DNA of 64,000 nucleotides from assembly GCF_006345805.1 (NCBI RefSeq), contig NC_043024.1:8122001-8186000 (forward strand). The letters run 5' to 3'. The position numbers and the translations under genes were made by a program. Below the pieces are notes generated by a model. The model did not search any database. It was not told where the DNA came from and worked only from the letters and a program-made list of their open reading frames with translations. Source of the DNA: Octopus sinensis. Lineage: Eukaryota. Below are positions 50,905-62,812 of this stretch, one piece after another (within the stretch, counting starts at the first letter, position 1; each line of letters begins with the position of its first letter).

Positions 50905-52205
50905 ACAAAGGCGGTGCGCTGGCAGAATTGTTAGCACACCGGGCGAAATGCTTAGCGATATTTTGTCTGCCGTTATGTTCTGAGTTCAAATTCCGCCGAG
51001 GTCGACTTTGCCTTTCGTCCTTTCGGGGTCGATAAATTAAGTACCAGTTACGCACTGGGGTTGATATAATCGACTTAATCCGTTTGTCTCCTCTGTGTTT
51101 AGCCCCTTGTGGGTAGTAAAGAAATAGGTATTTCGTCTGCCGTTATGTTCTGAGTTCAAATTCTGCTGAGGTCAACTTTGCCTTTCATCCTTTCGGGGTT
51201 GATAAATTAAGTACCAGTTACGCACTGGGGTCGATGTAATCGACTTAATCCATTTGTCTGTCCTTGTTTGTCCCCTCTGTGTTTAGCCCCTTTTGGGCAA
51301 TAAAGAAATAAGATTCTGAAAGAAATAAGGCGGCAAACTGGCAGAAATGTTAGCACGCCGGGCAAAATGTTTAGTGGTATTTCGTCTGCCGTTACGTTCT
51401 CAGTTCAAATTCCACTGAGGTCGACCTTACCTTTTATCATTTCGGGGGTCGATAAATTAAGTACCAGTTATGCACTGGGGATCGATGTAAAACTGTAGTG
51501 GCATGTTGGCAGAACATTAGCTGCTGTCCACAAAGAATGACTGTGTAAAAGCAGCATGTGACTGAATCAGCTGGTCTCTGCATAAATAAGATCGGCAAGG
51601 GTGGAGACACCGTTTTGTCTGTTTGTCTATGACATTCTGCTTAATTAGCACTAAAATAAGCCTTTATATAACCCTTGAACCACAGCATTCCAGAAGGATC
51701 TAGCAGATTCTCTCATGTGAAGTCTGGTTGCAGATTGGTCATCTCAAACTCTATTGGATGGCACCATTGACAAGTGTCTTCTGTTATATATTTCTTTACT
51801 ACCCACAAGGGGCTAAACATAGAGGGGACAAACAAGGACAGACAAAGGGATTAAGTCAATTACATCGACTCCAGTGCGTAACTGGTACTTAATTTATCGA
51901 CCCTGAGAGGATGAAAGGCAAAGTCGACCTCGGCGGAATTTGAACTCAGAACGTAACGACAGACGAAATACCTATTTCTTTATTACCCACAAGGGGCTAA
52001 ACATAGAGGAGACAAACAAGGACAGACAAAGGGATTAAGTTGATTACATCGACCCAGTGTGAAACTGGTACTTTATGTCTCGACCCCGAGAGGATGAAAG
52101 GCAAAGTCGACCTCGGCGGAATTTGAACTCAGAACGTAGCGACAGACGAAAAATACCGCTAAGCATTTCGCCCGGCGCGCTAACGTTTCTGCCAGCTCGC
52201 CACCT
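50905..52205. mobile_element. SINE-D arrays (50905-51480 +, 51790-52205 -)
   Basis: Family motifs as above. Confidence 0.8.
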
Positions 52206-52694
52206 GTGTCTTCTGTTATAGCCCTGGGCTGACCAAAGTCTTGCAAATGAATAAGGTAGACAAAGACGGAAAAAGCAAATCCCCCCCCCCCACATACACA
52301 CACACATGTGGATCAGTGGGAGTGAAGGGCCCCCGAGTTCTCATTAGGACTTCCTTCTAGGAGAAGGTAAATTCATATTAAAAACCTAAAGTACAGTCAG
52401 TTTCTGGTTATCTCAACCTCTGTTGTGCCACTGGTTATATAGTTGACTCCACTGAAAAGGGGGTTCAGCACTGTGCAACACTTTACCCATTCAAAACAAA
52501 TTCATGCACAGGAAGGGCACCCAGCTGTAGAAACTCTGCCAGATAAGATTGGAACCTGGTGCAACCATCTGGTTCACCAGTCCTCAGTCAAATCGTCCAA
52601 CCCATGCTAGCATGGAAAGCGGACGTTAAATGATGATGATGATGACACACAAAATGTTTGCATGAATTTAGGAAGTGGTCTTACATGGTCATAT

Positions 52695-52736
52695 GTAGAT
52701 CCGGCCACCCCTATTAATAGGGGTGGCCGGATCTAC
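52695..52736. other. Perfect 42-bp spacerless palindrome
   Basis: gtagatccggccacccctatt|aataggggtggccggatctac equals its own reverse complement. Confidence 0.95.
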
Positions 52737-53011
52737 CTCAATGTCATAGCAACTGAGGTAGGCAGGTGCAGCCCACCCCAACTTTTGGGCTGGATGGTGC
52801 CCATTCTCCTTTGCTATCATGAGGGCTTTTTTGGAGCTGGATTTTCTACAGAGAGCATGCCCTTGCATACCCCCAACCTCAGTTTCTAGACATGAGTGGC
52901 CCCAAGACCAAGGCCTCTAAAGATTTTTAAGGAATGTGGTGGAAAACTAGCACAGGAATGCAGGGACGCTACTCCCTGAGATCCCTTTTGGAGCACTGCC
53001 CCCCCCCCCCC

Positions 53012-53043
<32 letters not shown>

Positions 53044-53230
53044 ATATATTTATATGTATATATATATGTATATCATGTGATCAGGTGACTGACCAGGTCA
53101 GCAGATGTTGCTACACACCACTGGTCACAATGTGCTTTGCATTGTTTTAGCCTTCAATGACGCCACCTGACTGGCTAAGCAAGCAGGCCAATATATATGT
53201 ATATATGTGTATATATATATATATAAGATG

Positions 53231-53275
<45 letters not shown>

Positions 53276-53477
53276 CTATATATATATATATATGCACACA
53301 CACATATACAACAGGTTTATTTCAGTTTCCTTGCAGACACATACACATACACACATACACACACATGCTCACACACACACACACAAATACATAGTTGTTT
53401 TTCAAGTTCTGTATGGAAACCAACATCGAACATTCAACTGCTAATTAGCATGAATGTTCACTGCTGTAAACAACAAG

Positions 53478-53482
<5 letters not shown>

Positions 53483-53509
<27 letters not shown>

Positions 53510-54040
53510 TGTGTACAGTGCTCAGGTGCACTACAACTCATCTAAAGTGTATATATAATCAGGTGTAGTTTCGGCGGATTTCGGAAAGCATGAGGGCCTT
53601 AACCCTTTCGTTACTGTATTTATTTTGAGATGCTCTGTGTTTCTTTCAATTGCTTTAAATATAACAAAGAATTTAGTAAAATTACTTGGTTATCATTCAG
53701 CTAGTGTTAGGAACATAAATTGTGACTAAGGTTTGGTGGAAGATTTTAATTCAAAACTTATGGAAACAAGACATTTGTACTCAGAGCCAGAGCCGGTTTC
53801 AGCCGGGTTGGTAACGAAAGGGTTAAAGGATGCAGTGTCATGGCAGTCAACAACTGATGCCGGCAGTTTATTCCATGCTTCAGCAACTCTGAGCATGAAA
53901 AAATGTTTCCGAAAGTCATGGGAGCTGTGTTGTTTTCTGACTTCGTAAGCATGTCCACGTGTGTTAGACACATGGAGATCAAAAAGGTGTTCAGTGTTGT
54001 TGTTGGTGAGGTGGTTGATAACTTTGTGGGTGTTTACCAA
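53483..54040 (-). mobile_element. CR1 3'-end fragment interrupted by a MITE
   Basis: MVNTHKVINHLTNNN...RVAEAWNKLPASVVDCHDTASF then the insertion; the CR1 tail resumes at 53598 leftwards. Confidence 0.8.
53603..53822. mobile_element. piggyBac-type MITE, 220 bp, TTAA target-site duplication
   Basis: ttaa|ccctttcgttac ... gtaacgaaaggg|ttaa (TSDs 53599-53602 and 53823-53826); CCC-starting TIRs. Confidence 0.9.
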
Positions 54041-54373
54041 GTCCGTCGCCAGATAACCTCAACAATCCAGTTTCAATGACTCACCATAAAATCAATATTC
54101 ATCTTGGAGACACTCTATTCAGGGATCAATAAATCAATCGATAAATGATCTTCCTGACTTTTGAAGTCGATATATATAAATATGTTTCGTTTTGTCTTCG
54201 GCAACAGCTGTAAATAGCGGTCATTAACCCTTCATTTTTCAATCATTAATCAAAGGAGATAACTAAGTAGAGAGATACATGACACATTACTGTACTCAAG
54301 AAGACCTGCCCACCACAACAGTATTGGGATCCTAAAGCCAAGTTACCTTGTGAAAAGCATCAGTGTGGATGTT

Positions 54374-57300
54374 GGTCCCATGTGAAAAGCACGGGTGATG
54401 GTCCCACATAAAAAGTAGTAGTGATGCGGCTATGTAAAAAGCACTGGTTGTCGGTCCCACATAAAAAGCACTGGTGACAGTGCCACATCATAAAAGCACT
54501 GGCGATAGTGCCACATGAAAAGCACAGAGGACGGTACCACATAAAAAGCACTGGTGACGGTGCCACATGAAAAGCACGGGTGATGGTGTCACATAAAAAG
54601 CACAGGGTAACTGTGCCACATAAAAAGCACGGGTGACGGTGCCACATAAGAAGCACAGGGTAACTGTGCCACATAAAAAGCACAGGGGACGGTGTCACAT
54701 AAGAAGCACAGGGTAACTGTGCCACATAAAAAGCACGGGTGATGGTCGCATATAAAAAGCATTGGTGGCTGGTACCTTGTAAAAAGCATGGGTGATGGTG
54801 CCACATAAAAGGCACGAGTGATGGTGCCACATAAAAAACATGGGTGATGGTGCCACATAAAAAGCACTGGTGACGGTGCCACATAAAAAGCACCGGTGAC
54901 GGTGTCACATAAAAAGCACTGGTGATGGTGCCACATAAAAAGCACCGGTGACGGTGCCACATAAAAAGCATGGGTGACGGTGTCACATAAAAAGCACTGG
55001 TGATGGTGCCACATAAAAAGCACCGGTGACGGTGCCACATAAAAAGCACTGGTGACGGTGCCACATAAAAAGCACGGGTGATGGTGCCACATAAAAAGCA
55101 CGGGTGATGGTGCCACATAAAAAGCATGGGTGATGGTGCTATATAAAAAGCACAGGTGATGGTGCCACATAAAAAGCACAGGGTAACTGTGCCACATAAA
55201 AAGCACGGGTGATGGTGCCACATAAAAAGCACGGGTGACGGTGTCACATAAAAAGCACGGTTGACGGTACCACATAAAAAGCACGGGTGATGGTGCCACA
55301 TAAAAAGCACAGGTGATGGTGCCACATAAAAAGCACTGGTGACGGTGCCACATAAAAAGCATGGGTGATGGTGCCACATAAAAAGCACGGGTGACGGTGC
55401 CACATAAAAAGCACAGGTGACGGTGCCACATAAAAAGCACGGGTGATGGTGCCACATAAAAAACACAGGGCAGGGGACGGTGTCACATAAAAAGCATGGG
55501 TGATGGTGCAACATAAAGCACAGGTGATGGTGCCACATAAAAAGCACGGGTGACGGTGTCACATAAAAAGCACGTTGATGGTACCCGACATAAAAAGCAC
55601 GGGTGATGGTGGCCACATAAAAAGCACAGGTGATGGTGCCACATAAAAAGCACTGGTGACGGTGACACATAAAAAGCACAGGTGACGGTGCCACATAAAA
55701 AGCACAGGTGATGGTGCCACATAAAAAGCATGGGTGATGGTGCCACATAAAAAGCACGGGTGATGGTGCCACATAAAAAGCATGGGTGATGGTGCCACAT
55801 AAAAAGCACGGGTGATGGTGCCACATAAAAAGCATGGGTGATGGTGCCACATAAAAAGCACAGGTGATGGTGCCACATAAAAAGCACGGGTGACGGTGTC
55901 ACATAAAAAGCACGGTTGACGGTACCACATAAAAAGCACGGGTGATGGTGCCACATAAAAAGCACTGGTGACGGTACCACATAAAAAGCACAGGTGATGG
56001 TGCCACATAAAAAGCACAGGTGATGGTGCCACATAAAAAGCACTGGTGACGGTGCCACATAAAAAGCACAGGTGACGGTGCCACATAAAAAGCACGGGTG
56101 ATGGTGCCACATAAAAAACACAGGGGACGGTGTCACATAAAAAGCATGGGTGATGGTGCCACATAAAAAGCACAGGTGATGGTGCCACATAAAAAGCACG
56201 GGTGACGGTGTCACATAAAAAGCACGGTTGACGGTACCACATAAAAAGCACGGGTGATGGTGCCACATAAAAACACAGGGGACGGTGTCACATAAAAAGC
56301 ATGGGTGATGGTGCCACATAAAAAGCACGGGTGATGGTGCCACATAAAAAGCATGGGTGATGGTGCCACATAAAAAGCACAGGTGATGGTGCCACATAAA
56401 AAGCACGGGTGACGGTGTCACATAAAAAGCACGGTTGACGGTACCACATAAAAAGCACGGGTGATGGTGCCACATAAAAAGCATGGGTGATGGTGCCACA
56501 TAAAAAGCACAGGTGATGGTGCCACATAAAAAGCACAGGTGACGGTGTCACATAAAAAGCACGGTTGACGGTACCACATAAAAGCACGGGTGATGGTGGC
56601 CACATAAAAAGCATGGGTGATGGTGCCACATAAAAGCACAGGTGATGGTGCCACATAAAAAGCACGGGTGACGGTGTCACATAAAAAGCACACGGTTGAC
56701 GGTACCACATAAAAAGCACGGGTGATGGTGCCACATAAAACCACAGGGGACGGTGTCACATAAAAAGCACGGGTGATGGTGCCACATAAAAAGCATGGGT
56801 GATGGTGCCACATAAAAAGCACAGGTGATGGTGCCACATAAAAAGCACGGGTGACGGTGTCACATAAAAAGCACGGTTGACGGTACCACATAAAAAGCAC
56901 GGGTGATGGTGCCACATAAAAAACACAGGGGACGGTGTCACATAAAAAGCACGGGTGATGGTGCCACATAAAAAGCATGGGTGATGGTGCCACATAAAAA
57001 GCACAGGTGATGGTGCCACATAAAAAGCACGGGTGACGGTGTCACATAAAACACGGTTGAACGGTACCACATAAAAAGCACGGGTGATGGTGCCACATAA
57101 AAACACAGGGGACGGTGGTCACATAAAAAGCACGGGTGATGGTGCCACATAAAAAGCATGGGTGATGGTGCCACATAAAAAGCACAGGTGACGGTGCCAC
57201 ATAAAAAGCACGGGTGACGGTGTCACATAAAAAGCACGGTTGACGGTACCACATAAAAAGCACGGGTGATGGTGCCACATAAAAACACAGGGGACGGTGT

Positions 57301-57858
57301 CACATAAAAAGCACGGGTGATGGTGCCACATAAAAAGCATGGGTGATGGTGCCACATAAAAAGCACAGGTGATGGTGCCACATAAAAAGCACGGGTGACG
57401 GTGCCACATAAAAAGCACGGTTGACGGTACCACATAAAAAGCACGGGTGATGGTGCCACATAAAAAGCACGGGTGATGGTGCCACATAAAAAGCATGGGT
57501 GATGGTGCCACATAAAAAGCACAGGTGATGGTGCCACATAAAAAGCACGGGTGACGGTGTCACATAAAAAGCACGGTTGACGGTGCCACATAAAAAGCAT
57601 GGGTGATGGTGCCACATAAAAAGCACGGGTGATGGTGCCACATAAAAAACACAGGGGACGGTGTCACATAAAAAGCACTGGTGACGGTGCCACATAAAAA
57701 GCACAGGTGACGGTGCCACATAAAAGGCACGGGTGATGGTGCCACATAAAAAGCATGGGTGATGGTGCCACATAAAAAGCATGGGTGATGGTGCCACATA
57801 AAAAGCATGCGTGACGGTGCCACATAAAAAGTACTGGTGACGGTGCCATGTAAAAACA
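54374..57858 (+). repeat. 26-bp satellite (ataaaaagcacgggtgatggtgccac), about 130 units, with a higher-order repeat
   Basis: Period 26 (for example 55091 to 55117). Variant units recur at a ~181-bp period; the array runs directly into a SINE-B 3' half (57860-58030). Confidence 0.95.
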
Positions 57859-58119
57859 CCCAGTACACTCTATGAAGTGGTTGGCATTAGGAAGGGCATT
57901 CAGCCATAGAAACCATGTCAGAACAAATATCAAAGCCTGGTGGCGCCTCCGGCCTTGCCAGTTCCTGTTAAGTCATCCAACCCATGCCAGCATGGAAAAA
58001 TAGATGTTAAATGTTGATGATGATGATGACATATATTATTATATTTGGTGATGGTCATCTTTTGCCAATTAAATACGCGTTCTATATATTTGGTCTTCAT
58101 TTTAACATTATTATTATTG

Positions 58120-58327
58120 CATCCCACATCACCAGTTCTGCTTACCAAAAGTGGCCCACTTGGCACCGTGCATTTGTCGTCGCATAATGGGTGCCGCCTC
58201 CGATCGGGAGAGGAGCGGCCCGTTTCGCCCGTTCCGAGTTCGAGAGTAGATCGAGGCCGTCAACGTCCCCGGGGCCTCCAGTTGTTTGTTTTACCCGACG
58301 GAATTGCGTGTCGTTCTCCTGCTGCCG

Positions 58328-58370
<43 letters not shown>

Positions 58371-58503
58371 CGGCTTGATTGGTCTTTCACCCCTACACCC
58401 AGTTCCGACGATTGATTTGGACGTCAGAGGCGCTTCGGACTTCCACCAGAGTTTCCTCTGGCTTCGTCCCGACCGGGCATGGATCGCCATCTTTTGGGTC
58501 CCC
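58120..58503 (-). rRNA. Dispersed 28S rRNA fragment (pseudogene), ~385 nt
   Basis: Minus strand GGGACCC(A)AAAGATGG...GAAGCCAGAGGAAACTCTGGTGGAAGTCCG...CTAGTAGCTGGTTCCCTCCGAAGTTTCCCTCAGGATAGCTGG...AGTGGGCCACTTTTGGTAAGCAGAACTGG: collinear conserved LSU blocks. No other rDNA nearby; (ATT)n on both sides. Confidence 0.9.
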
Positions 58504-58563
58504 GGATTATTATTATTAATATTAATATTATTATTATTATTATCAATATTATTATTATTATTA

Positions 58564-59118
58564 AGTGAGAGAGCAGTGCATGCCATCAAAGTGACACTGG
58601 GGTAAAATATACGAAGCCCAGTATACCCATCATGACTACCCGTCTGATAAGGGTACACCAGGCACATGCATCACAACCATATGTGCGCGACATGGTGATC
58701 TCATATGAAGATAAACAGCGCATGACCTTACAGGTGGGGCCCAGTTAGAATTTTCTTCAGGTTGAGTAGCCCATCCCGCTCAAATGGTCCCTGAATAAGG
58801 GTTGTTTAAGGATGTTGAAAGAACCACCCATGTTCCCGAGGTGAACTATTCAAACCCCAAAGAATCCCTCTCAACACATGGCTATGATGCTCCTCCACTA
58901 CTTCTGCTCGTGATCAGAGATGCACATATCGTCAGCCACTAAGGGACATGCTCAACTGGTTAAGGTCAAACAACTGACAAGCAGCAAATCTGTGGTATTG
59001 AGCAGAATATTTACTGTAGCCCATCGTTTATACCAAGACAAAACAATGTACATGATAACACTTCCAATCAGTTAAGATCAGAAGCCATGAGAGCCACTGC
59101 CTGGTACTGCATCAGGGC

Positions 59119-59121
<3 letters not shown>
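58564..59121. mobile_element. ~560-bp non-coding element embedded in (ATT)n
   Basis: Second, longer copy of 48610-48923; no ORF or TIR recognised. Confidence 0.7.
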
Positions 59122-59167
<46 letters not shown>

Positions 59168-59227
59168 GTGTTTTTTCCTTCTTTTTTCAAATTTTAATAT
59201 TTCAAATATTATTGTTATTATTATTAT

Positions 59228-59710
59228 TCAGTAGTTTTATTTTTATAGCGTGCTTTCACTTCACTACCGAGCGCAGCTCTGTGTGCCTTGGGTATGTGCT
59301 GTGATTGTTGTGATGCTCTGATGGTATTGTATGGAAAGTGTTCTGCGTAGGATGTGTGCAGTGCCTAGTAGTGCAATTTTCTGTATGTTATATGTGTTTG
59401 TAAGTCCTGGTGTTTTTGTTATGCATTTGTCTGAATATTTTTTATCATGCCTAATGACCTACTATGATAGGAATTGTTTCTGTTTTCAGGTTCCACATTC
59501 TAGTTATCTCTATTTCCGGTCTTTGTATTTTGAGAGTTTCTCCATTTCTTTTAGAGACACGTTGTCATCTGCCGGTATTGATACATCAATTAGAAAGCAT
59601 TTTTTTTCTTCATGATCTCTGACAACTATATCTGGTCTGTTGGCCTTAATTTCTCTATCTGTGTGTATCGGCATATCCCAGAGTATGGTTGCTTTCTCGT
59701 TTTTTGTTAT
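59228..59710 (-). mobile_element. R4/Dong-clade non-LTR 3' end (restriction-like endonuclease domain), copy 1
   Basis: EKATILWDMPIHTDREIKANRPDIVVRDHEEKKCFLIDVSIPADDNVSLKEMEKLSKYKD..EIEITRMWNLKTETIPIIVG.LG...NIQKIALLGTAHILRRTLS: RPD...D..K/KY PD-(D/E)xK RLE motifs; frameshifted; (AAT)n tail. Confidence 0.85.
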
Positions 59711-59732
59711 TGTTATTAATTATTATTATTAT

Positions 59733-60240
59733 TCTATGTTTGACTTTTGCTTTATATTTGTACAAGTTGGCTCCAAGTCTCACCCAGAGACCTCAAGAGA
59801 CAACAGAGTTGGAAGTTCATGTTGTTGTTATGCCTAGTGTGCCATATATTGGGGGGGGGGGATGTTGTACTAATGAATGTCTAAAAAAAAAAGTTTTTTT
59901 TTTTTTTTTTTTAAACCGAAAATTATGTTTGTTTTAAACCTTGAGGTTACATAGAGAGTATTTTGCGTAGGATATGAGCAGTTCCCATGAGCACTATCTT
60001 TTGAACTTCTGCCATTTTTGGGTTCCTGGTATCTGAGTTAGGTAGCTATCAGCCCCTTTTGCTCATTCCCAGGGCACCTATGACAACAGGTATTGTTTTA
60101 GTCTTCAGCTTCCACATTTTGCTGATTTCTATTTCAAGATTTTATATTTGCTCAGTTTTTGGTAGGTCTTGACAGATACGTTTATATCGATTGGGACAGT
60201 CATATCAATGAGGAGGCATGTTCTTTGTTTGAAGTCTTCA
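59733..60240 (-). mobile_element. R4/Dong-clade non-LTR 3' end, copy 2 (different subfamily)
   Basis: DFKQRTCLLIDMTVPIDINVSVKTYQKLSKYK..EIEISKMWKLKTKTIPVVIGALG...EVQKIVLMGTAHILRKILSM*, then a 3'UTR and (AAT)n tail at ~59733. Confidence 0.85.
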
Positions 60241-60400
60241 TTATTATTATTATTATCAATATTATTATTATTATTATTATTATTATCAATATTATTATTA
60301 TTATTATTATTATTATCAATATTATTATTATTATTATTATTATTATAATTAGTTTATTGTCAGAGTTCGTTTGTCGTACACTCTTTGTGTGAAATCGTTT

Positions 60401-60626
60401 GTTGAAACAGATATTGTTATATTTGGGAATGACCGGGATTTTTTTTTTGTGCCAGAAAGTCGTTGAAGAGGTCACTAAATGTGACAAATGAACTAATAAT
60501 AAAGTTAAAAGTAGAAGATCAACTAAACAGTGTTTATTGGTACCAAAAAAGCAAAAGCAAAAAAAAAAGAAAAAAGAAAAAAAAAAGAAAATGCCTATCC
60601 CCAAATATAACAATATCTGTTTCAAC
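60401..60626. other. 27-bp perfect inverted repeat pair (probable MITE)
   Basis: gttgaaacagatattgttatatttggg (60401-60427) and cccaaatataacaatatctgtttcaac (60600-60626); imperfect outward extension. Confidence 0.7.
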
Positions 60627-60659
60627 ACAATTTCATATCAAGAAGCTCGCAAAACAAAT

Positions 60660-60741
60660 ACATAAACACACATATATAATATATATACACACACACATAT
60701 ATATACATACATACAATATATATATATATATATATATATGA

Positions 60742-60806
<65 letters not shown>

Positions 60807-60861
60807 GTATATATTATATATATATATATTATATATATATATATATATTGTATATGTATAT

Positions 60862-60905
<44 letters not shown>

Positions 60906-61062
60906 GTATATGTATATATATTATATATATATATATGTATGTATATGTATATATATATATATATACACACACATATATATACATACATACAAAAATATAT
61001 ATATATATAATATATATATACACACACATATATACATACATACAAATATATATATATATAGT

Positions 61063-61155
<93 letters not shown>

Positions 61156-61184
61156 ATAATAATATATATATATATATGTATATG

Positions 61185-61216
<32 letters not shown>

Positions 61217-61321
61217 CTATAATATATATATATAGTATATGTATATATATTATATATGAGATATATATGTATGTATATGTATATATATATATATATACAC
61301 ACACATATATATATACATACA

Positions 61322-61361
<40 letters not shown>

Positions 61362-61512
61362 TATATACATACATACAATATATATATATATATTATATAT
61401 ATATATATATTATATATACACACACACACATATACACATACATGTATATATATAATATATTTATATATATACACATATATATATACAAACACACATATAT
61501 ACATATATGTGT
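60660..61512. repeat. (TA)n-dominated microsatellite domain
   Basis: Directly visible; source of the IY/YI ORFs. Confidence 0.95.
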
Positions 61513-61674
61513 GTCGGAGCAATCTCAATTAATCAGCCGAAATTGCGAAGATGATTGGTTCTTGACTGATGACTGAGGGCTTCGAATGTCCCGTCCTGTG
61601 GTTCTTGTGTCGTCTCCTTGGTGTTTCACATTCTTGTCCCAGTTTGCATATATTTTTTACTTTTTACATATACA

Positions 61675-61824
61675 CCATCATCATCATCATCATCATCATC
61701 ATTTAGCGTCCGTTCTCCATGCTAGCATGGGTTGGACGGTTCAACTGGGGTCTGTGAAGCTGGAAGGCTTCATCAGGCCCAGTCAGATCTGGCAGTGTTT
61801 CTACGGCTGGATGCCCTTCCTAAC

Positions 61825-61864
<40 letters not shown>

Positions 61865-62765
61865 TCACACACATATATACATATATATCATCATCATCAT
61901 CATCGTTTAATGTCCGATTTCCATGCTAGCATGGGTTGGATGGTTCGACCGGGGTCTGGGAAGCCATGGAGTCTGCACCAGGCTCCAGTCTGATCTGGCA
62001 GTGTTTCTACAGCTGGATGCCCTTCCTAACGCCAACCACTCCGTGAGTGTACTGGGTGCTTTTTCATATGCCACCGGCACAGGGGCCAGGGGAGGCTGGC
62101 AACGGCTACGATCGGTTGGTGCTTTTTGTATAGGTTGTACATTCAAAGCAATGAATAGTTGTATTCAAAGCAATGATTAGTAAATTCACGAAACCAGTAT
62201 GCTTGAATCTCTTTAATAATTTCACAATAATGACTTTTATTACTTTTATTCCTACCTCAGTTCATCTAATTGTATATATCTTTCATTACTTTTCATAAAA
62301 AGCCTCTACTTTCTTTGATTTCCAATGTGCATTTTCGTTTATTTTTCTTACTTTCCCCTTACATTACCACATGCAGTTTCTATTTTCTTTTTGTAACATA
62401 TTTCTATTATATATATATATATATACATATATACATACACACACATATATATATACACACATATATATATATACATATATATCATCATCATCATCATCAT
62501 TATCATTTAACGTTCGCTTTCCATGCTATCATGGGTTGGACGATTTGACTGGGGTCTGGCGAACCAGACTCCAATCTGATCTGGCAGAGTTTCTCCAGCT
62601 GGATGCCCTTCCTAACGCCAACCAGTCCGAGAGTGTAGTGGGTGCTTTTACATGCCACCGGCACGAGAGCCAGTTTGGTGGTACTGGCAACGGCCACGCC
62701 CAAATGGTGCTTTTTATGTGCCACCTGCACAGGAGCCAGTCCAGCGGCACTGGCTACGTCCTCGC
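61675..62765 (-). mobile_element. Three SINE-B fragments (61675-61825, 61888-62128, 62480-62765)
   Basis: (CAT)n tail plus ccatgctagcatgggttgga...ctggatgcccttcctaac. Confidence 0.8.
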
Positions 62766-62770
62766 TATAA

Positions 62771-62812
<42 letters not shown>

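Noticed and set aside
54374-57858. CRISPR-like array
   Set aside because: Units are contiguous with no unique spacers, there are no cas genes, and the context is eukaryotic. The same applies to 17982-18467.
54360-57933. Long minus-strand ORFs (up to 496 aa, MAPSPVLFMWHHHPCFLCGT repeats)
   Set aside because: Read-through of the 26-bp satellite; the same peptide cycles through all frames.
45615-58500. 13-nt match gccatcttttggg between the Dong-like fragment and the 28S fragment end
   Set aside because: Dozens of 13-mer matches are expected by chance in 64 kb.
58045-58605. 186-aa plus-strand ORF
   Set aside because: Antisense reading of the 28S fragment plus (ATT)n.
59689-59937. Hydrophobic ORF MLSRFLLLLLIIIIILCLTF as a fifth signal-peptide exon
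   Set aside because: The hydrophobicity comes from (ATT)n, the sequence is the antisense Dong 3'UTR, and there is no PEQIH motif or compatible donor.
61566-61592. CTGATGA...GAAT as a hammerhead
   Set aside because: No credible helix II, and GAAT replaces GAAA.
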